DNA of 10,326 nt from a virus. Positions 1 through 6,481 of this stretch are shown here, piece after piece. The position numbers and the translations under genes are program-made. The DNA lies in the UHGV virus genome UHGV-0157652. The stretch is one strand, 5' to 3'. Position 1 is the first letter of the stretch, and each line of letters starts with the position of its first letter. The notes beneath the pieces were generated by a model that searched no databases, was not told the origin of the DNA, and was given only the letters and a program-made list of their open reading frames with translations.

Positions 1-35
1 TCTTAGTTCGGTGCCTTAGTTAGAGAAGAGAGGTC

Positions 36-662
36 TTAGAGTTCGTATTGAACTCCTTTGACTACACCAATGATAAGGCAATTACCATTGATAGGGATGT
101 TGGGATACCGAGGATTTAATGGCACTAAAAACTTTTGAGGGCCATCGATGACTAATTTTTTTACTGTAGCTTCGTTTGTTCCATCAAGTCGAGCGATGAC
201 TATTTTTCCATGACGAGGTTCTGCATCTGGATCTACAATCACTGTTGCGCCTTCTGGTATTGTTGGGAGGCCATTAGGGTTAGTCATGGAGTCACCTTTA
301 ACCTCTAATGCAAATGAGTTATCACCAATCTTTAATGATGTATCTACCCACTTGTCCACTTCACTAAACACTTCTGCTGCCCTGCACTCAGTAAACTGCC
401 CAGCCTGAACCCACGATATTACAGGAACTCTGCGCATGTTTGTGACGAGTTTGCCTTCAAACTCAGCACCATAAAGAATGTAATCTATTGACGTATTGAA
501 GAACTTCGCTAATTTCGAAAGTGCCTCCCCACCAGGGGTATTGATGTCTTTCTCCCAGTACCCCACAGCAACGTCGCTTACTCCACAAAATTTACCCAAT
601 TCTTTCTGGGACGTTCCGGTAACTCTTCTCAGAGCTTTTATACGCTGACCAACCGTTTCCAT
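36..662 (-). CDS. cI: CI-type prophage repressor (HTH_XRE N-terminus + LexA/S24-like autopeptidase C-terminus)
   Basis: 208-aa ORF on the minus strand. N-terminal HTH-like segment (TSQKELGKFCGVSDVAVGYWEKD); C-terminal S24-type core with candidate Ala-Gly cleavage site (WVQAGQF), Ser in GDSM and Lys in VKKLV. Divergent from the cro-like gene across an operator-rich spacer. Confidence 0.85.
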   Translation of the reverse strand: METVGQRIKALRRVTGTSQKELGKFCGVSDVAVGYWEKDINTPGGEALSKLAKFFNTSIDYILYGAEFEGKLVTNMRRVPVISWVQAGQFTECRAAEVFSEVDKWVDTSLKIGDNSFALEVKGDSMTNPNGLPTIPEGATVIVDPDAEPRHGKIVIARLDGTNEATVKKLVIDGPQKFLVPLNPRYPNIPINGNCLIIGVVKGVQYEL

Positions 663-759
663 AGGAGCACCATTTCTTGAATTGCTAAGTAATCTTAGTT
701 TTTATTGACCAAAGATAGATTTGTAATTAGCATCTAATAAAACTTAGTTTGGAGGGCGT
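663..759. promoter_or_regulatory. Divergent immunity control region (OR-like operators, PR for cro, PRM for repressor)
   Basis: Inverted repeats CTAAGtaatCTTAG (685-698), ATTAGcatCTAAT (726-738) and AAACTtAGTTT (740-750). Candidate rightward promoter: -35 TTGACC (705-710), 17-bp spacer, -10 TAGCAT (728-733); SD GGAGGG (751-756) before cro ATG at 760. Lies between the divergent repressor and cro starts. Confidence 0.6.
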
Positions 760-960
760 ATGACAACTGACGATATCGAAAGCTACTTCGGCAGTATTGA
801 GAAAGTTGCTGCTTTTTTCGGCATAACAACTGAAGCCGTTTATCAGTGGCGAAACCGTCCGGGCCAGTTAATTCCAAAAGGACGTGCAGCAGAAGCTGCA
901 TATAGAACTTGCGGACGGTTGCCATTTAAACCTGAGCTTTATGAAAAATCTAATGGATAA
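760..960 (+). CDS. cro: Cro-like / YdaS-like small HTH transcriptional regulator
   Basis: 66-aa ORF with strong SD; HTH-like core (VAAFFGITTEAVYQWRNR); sits directly rightward of and divergent from the repressor, as cro does in lambdoid phages. Confidence 0.75.
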   Translation: MTTDDIESYFGSIEKVAAFFGITTEAVYQWRNRPGQLIPKGRAAEAAYRTCGRLPFKPELYEKSNG

Positions 961-1549
961 ATCGATTAACAGAAACCACAGAACGATGAGGCTAACCGTG
1001 GGTAAGCATCACTGGAAAGTAGAAAAACAGCCTGAGTGGTACGTGAAAGCTGTCAGAAAAACTATCGCAGCGTTGCCGGGTGGTTACGCTGAAGCAGCTG
1101 ACTGGCTGGATGTAACAGAAAACGCATTATTTAACCGCCTTCGTGCCGATGGCGATCAGATTTTCCCGCTGGGATGGGCAATGATTTTGCAACGTGCTGG
1201 TGGAACTCACTTCATTGCTGACGCTGTGGCGCAGTCTGCAAATGGCGTCTTTGTGTCTCTTCCTGACGTCGAGGATGTGGACAACGCCGATATTAACCAG
1301 CGCCTGCTGGAAGTCATTGAACAGATTGGCAGTTATTCCAGACAGATTCGTTCGGCAATCGAAGACGGTGTGGTGGAACCGCATGAGAAGACAGCAATTA
1401 ACGACGAGCTGTATCTCTCAATTTCGAAGCTGCAGGAGCATGCAGCACTGGTCTACAAAATCTTTTGCATTTCAGAAAGTAATGACGCCCGCGAGTGTGC
1501 AGCTCCGGGCGCCGTGGCGTGTCGTGACTGTGGAGAAACTAACGCATGA
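941..1549 (+). CDS. CII-like phage regulatory protein (start uncertain: in-frame candidates GTG 884, ATG 941, 953, 986)
   Basis: Long ORF immediately after cro; the segment [47 protein letters not shown] resembles, from memory, the HTH region of 186-CII-type (Phage_CP76-like) regulators. Stop TGA 1547-1549 overlaps the next ATG (ATGA). No database search run. Confidence 0.5.
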   Translation: MKNLMDKSINRNHRTMRLTVGKHHWKVEKQPEWYVKAVRKTIAALPGGYAEAADWLDVTENALFNRLRADGDQIFPLGWAMILQRAGGTHFIADAVAQSANGVFVSLPDVEDVDNADINQRLLEVIEQIGSYSRQIRSAIEDGVVEPHEKTAINDELYLSISKLQEHAALVYKIFCISESNDARECAAPGAVACRDCGETNA

Positions 1550-1884
1550 ACAGTTTAACAACACACTACCGTCGCTCGCAACTGATTGCGCTTCCTGTAC
1601 CGGGTGGAAAAGCGAAGGTGGAGTATTGCTATGCAGTTAATGTACCAGGTGACAGGGAAATTGTAACCCACAGCTTTGCTGAGTGGGCTGTGGGTGATTT
1701 CAACCGGCAGAAGGAGACAGTCCTTTGCGACAAGTTAACCGCTGGTTCAAAGATCACTACGGAGTGCCCGTCAGAGTCATTCGTTGGGAGCCGGAAACAC
1801 AACGAGTTATCTACCTCCGCGAAGGCTATGAGCATGAGTGCTTCAGCCCGCTCGAACAGTTTCGTCGTAAATTCAGGGAAATAG
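1546..1884 (+). CDS. Hypothetical protein (N-terminal ~60 aa look coding; C-terminal ~50 aa are Ser-rich low-complexity, possibly out of the true frame)
   Basis: ATG at 1546 is coupled to the preceding stop (ATGA). The translation downstream of ~1725 degenerates to [38 protein letters not shown], while a different frame is protein-like over the same DNA. Confidence 0.4.
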   Translation: MNSLTTHYRRSQLIALPVPGGKAKVEYCYAVNVPGDREIVTHSFAEWAVGDFNRQKETVLCDKLTAGSKITTECPSESFVGSRKHNELSTSAKAMSMSASARSNSFVVNSGK

Positions 1885-1904
1885 AGGTCGGTCATGAGCA
1901 CTAA
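1725..1904 (+). CDS. Alternative small ORF (59 aa, TTG start), or the frameshifted C-terminal part of the 1546 gene
   Basis: AAGGAG (1711-1716) lies 8 nt upstream of TTG 1725. Translation [59 protein letters not shown] is far more protein-like than the overlapping frame. Stop TAA 1902-1904 overlaps the O-like start (1894) by 11 nt. Absent from the ORF track because it lacks an ATG. Confidence 0.3.
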   Translation: MRQVNRWFKDHYGVPVRVIRWEPETQRVIYLREGYEHECFSPLEQFRRKFREIEVGHEH

Positions 1905-2835
1905 ATTAACCGGCTATGTATGGGATGGTTGCGCTGCATCAGGCATGAAATTATCCAGCGTGGCAATTATGGCCCGCCTGGCTGATTTCAGTAATGACGA
2001 AGGTGTGTGCTGGCCATCAATTGAAACTATTGCCCGTCAGATTGGCGCGGGGATGAGTACCGTCAGGACGGCTATCGCACGGCTGGAAGCAGAAGGCTGG
2101 TTAACGCGTAAGGCGCGTCGCCAGGGTAACCGCAATGCGTCGAATGTTTATCAGCTTAACGTTGCGAAGCTTCAGGCAGCGGCATTTTCTCAACTGTCAG
2201 ATTCTGACCCGTCAAAATCTGACGCATCAAAATCTGACCCGTCAAAATTTGATGCGTCGAAATCTGGCAAAAAAGCGGGTTTTCACCCGTCAGAATCTGG
2301 CGGGGATCCGTCAGTAAAATCAAAACATGATCCGTCAGATAAAAAACCTTCTCGTCCGGACGCTTCGCAACCGGACACGCAGACGGATGAACAGGATTTT
2401 TTAACTCGCCATCCTGATGCGGTTGTATTCAGCCCTAAAAAGCGCCAGTGGGGAACGCAGGATGATTTGACCTGCGCACAGTGGCTCTGGAAAAAAATCA
2501 TCGCCCTGTACGAGCAAGCCGCCGAATGTGACGGCGAGGTGGTTCGTCCCAAAGAACCGAACTGGACAGCCTGGGCAAACGAAATTCGCCTGATGTGTGT
2601 GCAGGATGGTCGTACTCACAAACAAATCTGCGAGATGTACAGCCGCGTCAGCCGCGATCCGTTCTGGTGCCGTAACGTGCTCAGCCCGTCGAAGTTGCGG
2701 GAAAAATGGGATGAGCTTTCCCTGCGCTTATCACCGTCCGTCAGCACGTACACCGAAAAACGCGAAGACCCGTACTTCAAATCCAGTTACGACAACGTGG
2801 ACTACAGCCAGATCCCGGCAGGATTCAGGGGGTGA
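1894..2835 (+). CDS. Replication initiator, O-like (N-terminal HTH DNA-binding domain, repeat-encoding linker, C-terminal domain)
   Basis: 313 aa; SD GAGGTCGG upstream. N-terminal region (SVAIMARLADFSNDEGVCWPSIETIARQIGAGMSTVRTAIARLEAEGWL) is typical of phage replication-initiator HTH domains. Internal tandem DNA repeats begin about 100 codons in, the same relative position as ori-lambda inside lambda O. Confidence 0.8.
   Translation: MSTKLTGYVWDGCAASGMKLSSVAIMARLADFSNDEGVCWPSIETIARQIGAGMSTVRTAIARLEAEGWLTRKARRQGNRNASNVYQLNVAKLQAAAFSQLSDSDPSKSDASKSDPSKFDASKSGKKAGFHPSESGGDPSVKSKHDPSDKKPSRPDASQPDTQTDEQDFLTRHPDAVVFSPKKRQWGTQDDLTCAQWLWKKIIALYEQAAECDGEVVRPKEPNWTAWANEIRLMCVQDGRTHKQICEMYSRVSRDPFWCRNVLSPSKLREKWDELSLRLSPSVSTYTEKREDPYFKSSYDNVDYSQIPAGFRG
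2196..2347. repeat. Iteron-like direct repeats (candidate replication origin) inside the O-like gene
   Basis: Five tandem 15-bp units at 2196, 2211, 2226, 2241 and 2256 (consensus about GTCAAAATCTGACCC), plus degenerate copies CCGTCAGAATCTGG (2288-2301), CCGTCAGTAAAATC (2309-2322), CCGTCAGATAAAAAAC (2332-2347), followed by a short AT-rich stretch near 2394-2405. The repeats are in frame and encode an SKSDx pentapeptide repeat. Confidence 0.6.
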
Positions 2836-2837
2836 TC

Positions 2838-3326
2838 ATGAGTCTTTTGAATGAAGTTCAGAAATTCATTGAAGCCCATCCGGGATGTACTTCCGGAGAC
2901 ATTGCGGATGCTTTTGCAGGTTACTCACGGCAGCGCGTTCTGCAGTCAGCAAGCAAGTTACGTCAGAGTGGGCGTGTGGCTCACCGTTGTGAAGGAGATA
3001 CACGCAGACATTTCCCGCGCCTGACTGAGAGAGCGCAGGAACCGGAACCACAACCAGTTCGAGAAACCAGACCTGTGCGCAATTTCTATGTCGGCACTAA
3101 CGATCCACGGGTGATTTTGTGCCTGACCCGCCAGGCTGAAGAACTGGAGTCCAGGGGCTTATACCGTCGTGCTGCAACCGTGTGGATGGCGGCATTCCGT
3201 GAAAGCCACTCCCAGCCAGAACGAAACAATTTTCTGGCGCGTCGTGAGCGGTGCTTACGGAAAAGCAGCAAGCGCGCTGCATCGGGTGAAGAGTGGTATC
3301 TGTCAGGGAATTACGTGGGGGCTTAA
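2838..3326 (+). CDS. PerC/Pch-like transcriptional regulator candidate with an N-terminal winged-helix-like domain
   Basis: ATG 2838 with SD AGGGGG 6 nt upstream (alternative GTG 2832, 2 nt after the O stop codon). C-terminal segment AEELESRGLYRRAATVWMAAFRESHSQPERNNFLARRERCLRK matches my recollection of the PerC-family core; not verified by search. Stop TAA 3324-3326 overlaps the next ATG (TAATG). Confidence 0.5.
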   Translation: MSLLNEVQKFIEAHPGCTSGDIADAFAGYSRQRVLQSASKLRQSGRVAHRCEGDTRRHFPRLTERAQEPEPQPVRETRPVRNFYVGTNDPRVILCLTRQAEELESRGLYRRAATVWMAAFRESHSQPERNNFLARRERCLRKSSKRAASGEEWYLSGNYVGA

Positions 3327-3979
3327 TGAGTAATAAATATTGCCAGGCGCTGGTGGAACTGCGGAACAAACCAGCCCATGAACTGAAGGAAGTGGGCGAT
3401 CAGTGGCGCACGCCGGACAACATTTTCTGGGGAATTAACACCCTGTTTGGCCCGTTTGTTCTGGATCTGTTTACTGACGGTGATAACGCCAAATGTGCCG
3501 CGTATTACACGGCGGAAGATAACGCGCTGGCGCATGACTGGTCAGAACGTCTTGCGGAGCTTAAAGGTGCTGCCTTTGGTAATCCCCCATACAGCCGCGC
3601 CAGTCAGCATGAGGGGCAATACATCACCGGCATGCGTTACATCATGAAACATGCCGGTGCCATGCGTGATAAGGGCGGGCGCTATGTTTTCCTGATCAAA
3701 GCTGCCACCAGCGAAGTGTGGTGGCCGGAAGATGCGGACCATATTGCTTTTATTCGCGGGCGTATTGGTTTTGAACTGCCTGCCTGGTTTATCCCGAAGG
3801 ATGAGAAGCAGGTGCCGACAGGCGCTTTCTTCGCTGGTGCTATTGCTGTTTTCGACAAGACCTGGAAGGGACCGGCAATCAGCTACATCGGGCGCGATGA
3901 ACTTGAGGCATGTGGTGAAGCCTTTTTGGTGCAGGTTCGCCAGCAGGCGGAAAAACTGGTCAGGGAGATGGCGGCATGA
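3326..3979 (+). CDS. Phage Dam-type N6-adenine DNA methyltransferase (orphan)
   Basis: 217 aa from ATG 3326, translationally coupled to the upstream gene. Carries the catalytic NPPY motif (AFGNPPYS) and an N-terminal WRTP segment that I recall as typical of phage Dam-family proteins. No adjacent endonuclease gene. Confidence 0.8.
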   Translation: MSNKYCQALVELRNKPAHELKEVGDQWRTPDNIFWGINTLFGPFVLDLFTDGDNAKCAAYYTAEDNALAHDWSERLAELKGAAFGNPPYSRASQHEGQYITGMRYIMKHAGAMRDKGGRYVFLIKAATSEVWWPEDADHIAFIRGRIGFELPAWFIPKDEKQVPTGAFFAGAIAVFDKTWKGPAISYIGRDELEACGEAFLVQVRQQAEKLVREMAA

Positions 3980-4302
3980 CGACGTTAACTCAATGCCAGC
4001 AGCAGGTGCTGGATATGCTGATTTCTTACCAGAAAGAGCGTGGCTTTCCGCCAACCAATCAGGAGGTGGCAACCATGCTGGGATACCGTTCAGTGAATGC
4101 AGCGGTAGAGCATCTTCGTGCACTGGAGAAAAAAGGCGTCATCACGATAAAGCGTGGCGTGGCCCGGGGGATAACGCTTCATACCGCGGTGAAGGACGAC
4201 GACAGCGAGGCGGTCGGGATTATCCGCGCACTGCTTGCCGGTGAGGAAAACGCCAGGCTGCGTGCAGCCCACTGGTTACATGAGAGAGGCCTGAAAGTAT
4301 GA
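3976..4302 (+). CDS. LexA-type N-terminal DNA-binding domain protein (no peptidase domain)
   Basis: 108 aa; LTQCQQQVLDMLISYQKERGFPPTNQEVATMLGYRSVNAAVEHLRALEKKGVITIKRGVARGITL follows the LexA DNA-binding winged-helix pattern. ATGA overlap with the methyltransferase stop and with the next gene start. Confidence 0.8.
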   Translation: MTTLTQCQQQVLDMLISYQKERGFPPTNQEVATMLGYRSVNAAVEHLRALEKKGVITIKRGVARGITLHTAVKDDDSEAVGIIRALLAGEENARLRAAHWLHERGLKV

Positions 4303-4654
4303 AGCTGATCTTGCCTTTCCCGCCCAGCGTGAACACGTACTGGCGACACCCCAACAAAGGGGCGTTTGTAGGTAAAAGCCTGATAAGCGAGGCGGGGCGA
4401 AAATTCCAGAGCGCGGCGTGCGCAGCAATAGTTGAGCAGTTACGTCGTCTGCCGAAACCAACGTCGGCACCTGCTTCAGTGGAGATCGTGTTGTTTCCTC
4501 CGGATAACAGGATCCGCGAACAACAACAACGGGGGTGTGGGAAGACGACAGCCAGGTGAAAAGAATGCTGGTGGAGTGGGGGCCGGTTATCCCGGAAGGG
4601 AAGGTCGAGATCACTATCAGTAAGTACGAGAAAACGGCGGGTGCAGCCGCCTGA
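4299..4654 (+). pseudogene. rusA: rusA (Holliday-junction resolvase), disrupted by an internal deletion plus frameshift
   Basis: Frame 0 (4299-4559) gives a RusA-like N-terminus (LPFPPSVNTYWRH ... VEIVLFPPDNR) then runs into a stop. The RusA-like C-terminus (GVWEDDSQVKRMLVEWGPVIPEGKVEITISKYEKT) is in another frame (about 4535-4654). The segment expected between them, which in E. coli RusA as I recall it holds the catalytic RRDLDN aspartates, is absent. Confidence 0.55.
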
Positions 4655-4673
4655 TTAAGAGGAGAAACGAAGT

Positions 4674-5471
4674 ATGAATAATCTGATGGTCATTGATGGT
4701 ATTGAAGTTCGTCGTGATGCTTATGGGCGTTACAGCCTGAACGATCTGCACAGGGCTGCCGGTTCTCAGGATAAGCATAAGCCTGCATTCTGGCTCCGCA
4801 ATGAGCAAACCGAACGTTTAATAAGCGAGTTGCAGATTTGCAACTCGGTCAATATAGAGCCAGTTAACGTTAGTCGTGGCGGAAATAACCAGGGGACGTA
4901 TGTCTGCAAAGAACTGGTGTATGCCTATGCAATGTGGATCAGCCCGTCATTCCATCTGAAGGTGATCCGTACTTTCGATATGGTAACCAGCGCACCGGAA
5001 AAATTATCCGGGCAGGCTGCTGACAAGATGCAGGCTGGTGTGATTCTGCTGGACTTTATGCGCAGGGAGTTAAACCTGTCTAACTCTTCAGTGCTTAGTG
5101 CCTGTCAGAAACTCCAGGAGGCTGTTGGCTTACCGAATCTGGCACCGCGCTATGCCATTGATGCTCCTGCTGACGCGCCTGATGGCTCAAGTCGCCCTAC
5201 GCTGTCGCTGAGTGCACTGCTGAAACAGTATGGTATCCGCCTGACGGCTAATCAGGCATATCACCAGATGGTGAAGCTGGGGATCGTCGAGCAGCGCGAA
5301 CGATACAGCCGTACCGCGATTAACAACATCAAAAAATTCTGGTCGCTGACAGCGAAAGGCTGCATGTTCGGCAAGAACATCACCAGTCCCGCAAATCCGC
5401 GCGAGACGCAGCCGCACTTTTTCGAATCCCGATTCCCTGAGCTGTTAAAGCTGCTCGATACCGTTCATTGA
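4674..5471 (+). CDS. KilA-N domain protein (antirepressor-like)
   Basis: 265 aa; SD AAGAGGAG upstream. N-terminal approx. 100 aa (MNNLMVIDGIEVRRDAYGRYSLNDLHRAAG ... YVCKELVYAYAMWISPSFHLKVIRTFD) fit the KilA-N fold pattern. Confidence 0.75.
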   Translation: MNNLMVIDGIEVRRDAYGRYSLNDLHRAAGSQDKHKPAFWLRNEQTERLISELQICNSVNIEPVNVSRGGNNQGTYVCKELVYAYAMWISPSFHLKVIRTFDMVTSAPEKLSGQAADKMQAGVILLDFMRRELNLSNSSVLSACQKLQEAVGLPNLAPRYAIDAPADAPDGSSRPTLSLSALLKQYGIRLTANQAYHQMVKLGIVEQRERYSRTAINNIKKFWSLTAKGCMFGKNITSPANPRETQPHFFESRFPELLKLLDTVH

Positions 5472-5472
5472 G

Positions 5473-6468
5473 GTGACCGTGAGAGCACTACTGACCCCTG
5501 AAATTGCCCCGCGTATGGGGATCGTATTGTTCAGACCCGGTTCAGAGCTGATGCCCCTGTTTAGGCAGGGGCGTGTCCTGCTGGAGCCTGAGCCGGAACG
5601 TTATTCATCTTTTGCCAGTGGTGCCGTTCCGGCGGCATCACAACCGCTGGCGGATGATCCTGCCGTTCGGGCCGTGTTCCGCAATGAGGCAGTGATCCGT
5701 CGTGCTGGTGGAGTGGAATGTCTTGAAAGCTGGTTACTTCGTGAAAAAGGCTGCCAATGGCCTCATTCCGACTGGCACAGCGAGAACATGACCACAATGC
5801 GACACGCGCCGGGCGCAATCCGTCTGTGCTGGCACTGCGATAACCAGCTGCGCGATCAGTTCACGGAACGGCTGGAATCAATGGCAACGGATAACTGTGC
5901 CCGCTGGGTGTTGTCTGTCGTGCGTCGGGATCTCGGTTTTGATGATAGTCACGTTGTGACAATGCCGGAACTGTGCTGGTGGCTGGTTCGTAATGACCTG
6001 GCGGATGCCTTACCGGAAAGTGCAGCCCGTAAGGCACTGAGATTACCGAAGCCTGTTGTGCCGTCTGTCACCCGGGAAAGTGACCTTGTGCCTTCGGTTC
6101 CTGCCACCAGCATCATCCAGGATAAAGCGAAAAAGGTGCTGGCGCTGAAAGTGGATCCGGAGTCGCCGGAGTCTTTTATGTTACGCCCAAAACGTCGCCG
6201 CTGGGTTAACGAAAAGTACACGCGCTGGGTTAAGACGCAGCCGTGTGCATGTTGTGGAAAGCCTGCTGATGATCCCCACCACCTGATAGGCCACGGTCAG
6301 GGCGGGATGGGTACAAAAGCGCATGACCTCTTTGTGTTGCCTTTGTGCAGAAAGCATCACGACGAGCTGCATGCGGATACCGTGGCATTTGAAGAGAAGT
6401 ATGGCTCCCAGCTGGAGCTGATATTTCGTTTTATCGATCGCGCGCTGGCAATTGGCGTGCTGGCGTAA
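5473..6468 (+). CDS. DUF968-family prophage protein (YdfU-like) with a C-terminal Cys/His cluster; start may be GTG 5473 or GTG 5479
   Basis: 331 aa. C-terminal QPCACCGKPADDPHHLIGHGQGGMGTKAHDLFVLPLCRKHHDELH is a zinc-binding, HNH-like motif arrangement. Sits immediately upstream of Q; as I recall, ydfU sits next to quuQ in the E. coli K-12 Qin prophage. Confidence 0.7.
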   Translation: MTVRALLTPEIAPRMGIVLFRPGSELMPLFRQGRVLLEPEPERYSSFASGAVPAASQPLADDPAVRAVFRNEAVIRRAGGVECLESWLLREKGCQWPHSDWHSENMTTMRHAPGAIRLCWHCDNQLRDQFTERLESMATDNCARWVLSVVRRDLGFDDSHVVTMPELCWWLVRNDLADALPESAARKALRLPKPVVPSVTRESDLVPSVPATSIIQDKAKKVLALKVDPESPESFMLRPKRRRWVNEKYTRWVKTQPCACCGKPADDPHHLIGHGQGGMGTKAHDLFVLPLCRKHHDELHADTVAFEEKYGSQLELIFRFIDRALAIGVLA

Positions 6469-6481
6469 GTGGAGAACGAGC

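Noticed and set aside
2135-2317. 60-aa ORF with repetitive translation (QNLTHQNLTRQNL)
   Set aside because: It lies in an alternative frame across the 15-bp tandem repeats inside the O-like gene; the repetition is a by-product of the DNA repeats, and the O-like frame is the coherent one.
2196-2347. Possible CRISPR array, given the short direct repeats
   Set aside because: The repeats are contiguous 15-bp units with no unique spacers between them, are in frame within a protein-coding gene, and there are no cas genes; the iteron/origin interpretation fits better.
3542-4123. 193-aa ORF on the minus strand
   Set aside because: Entirely antisense to the tightly coupled Dam-type methyltransferase and LexA-DBD genes; the translation is low-complexity with no SD or promoter context.
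4432-4623. 63-aa ORF overlapping the rusA region
   Set aside because: Gly/Arg-rich nonsense translation in the third frame over the rusA remnants; the RusA-like pieces are in the other two frames.
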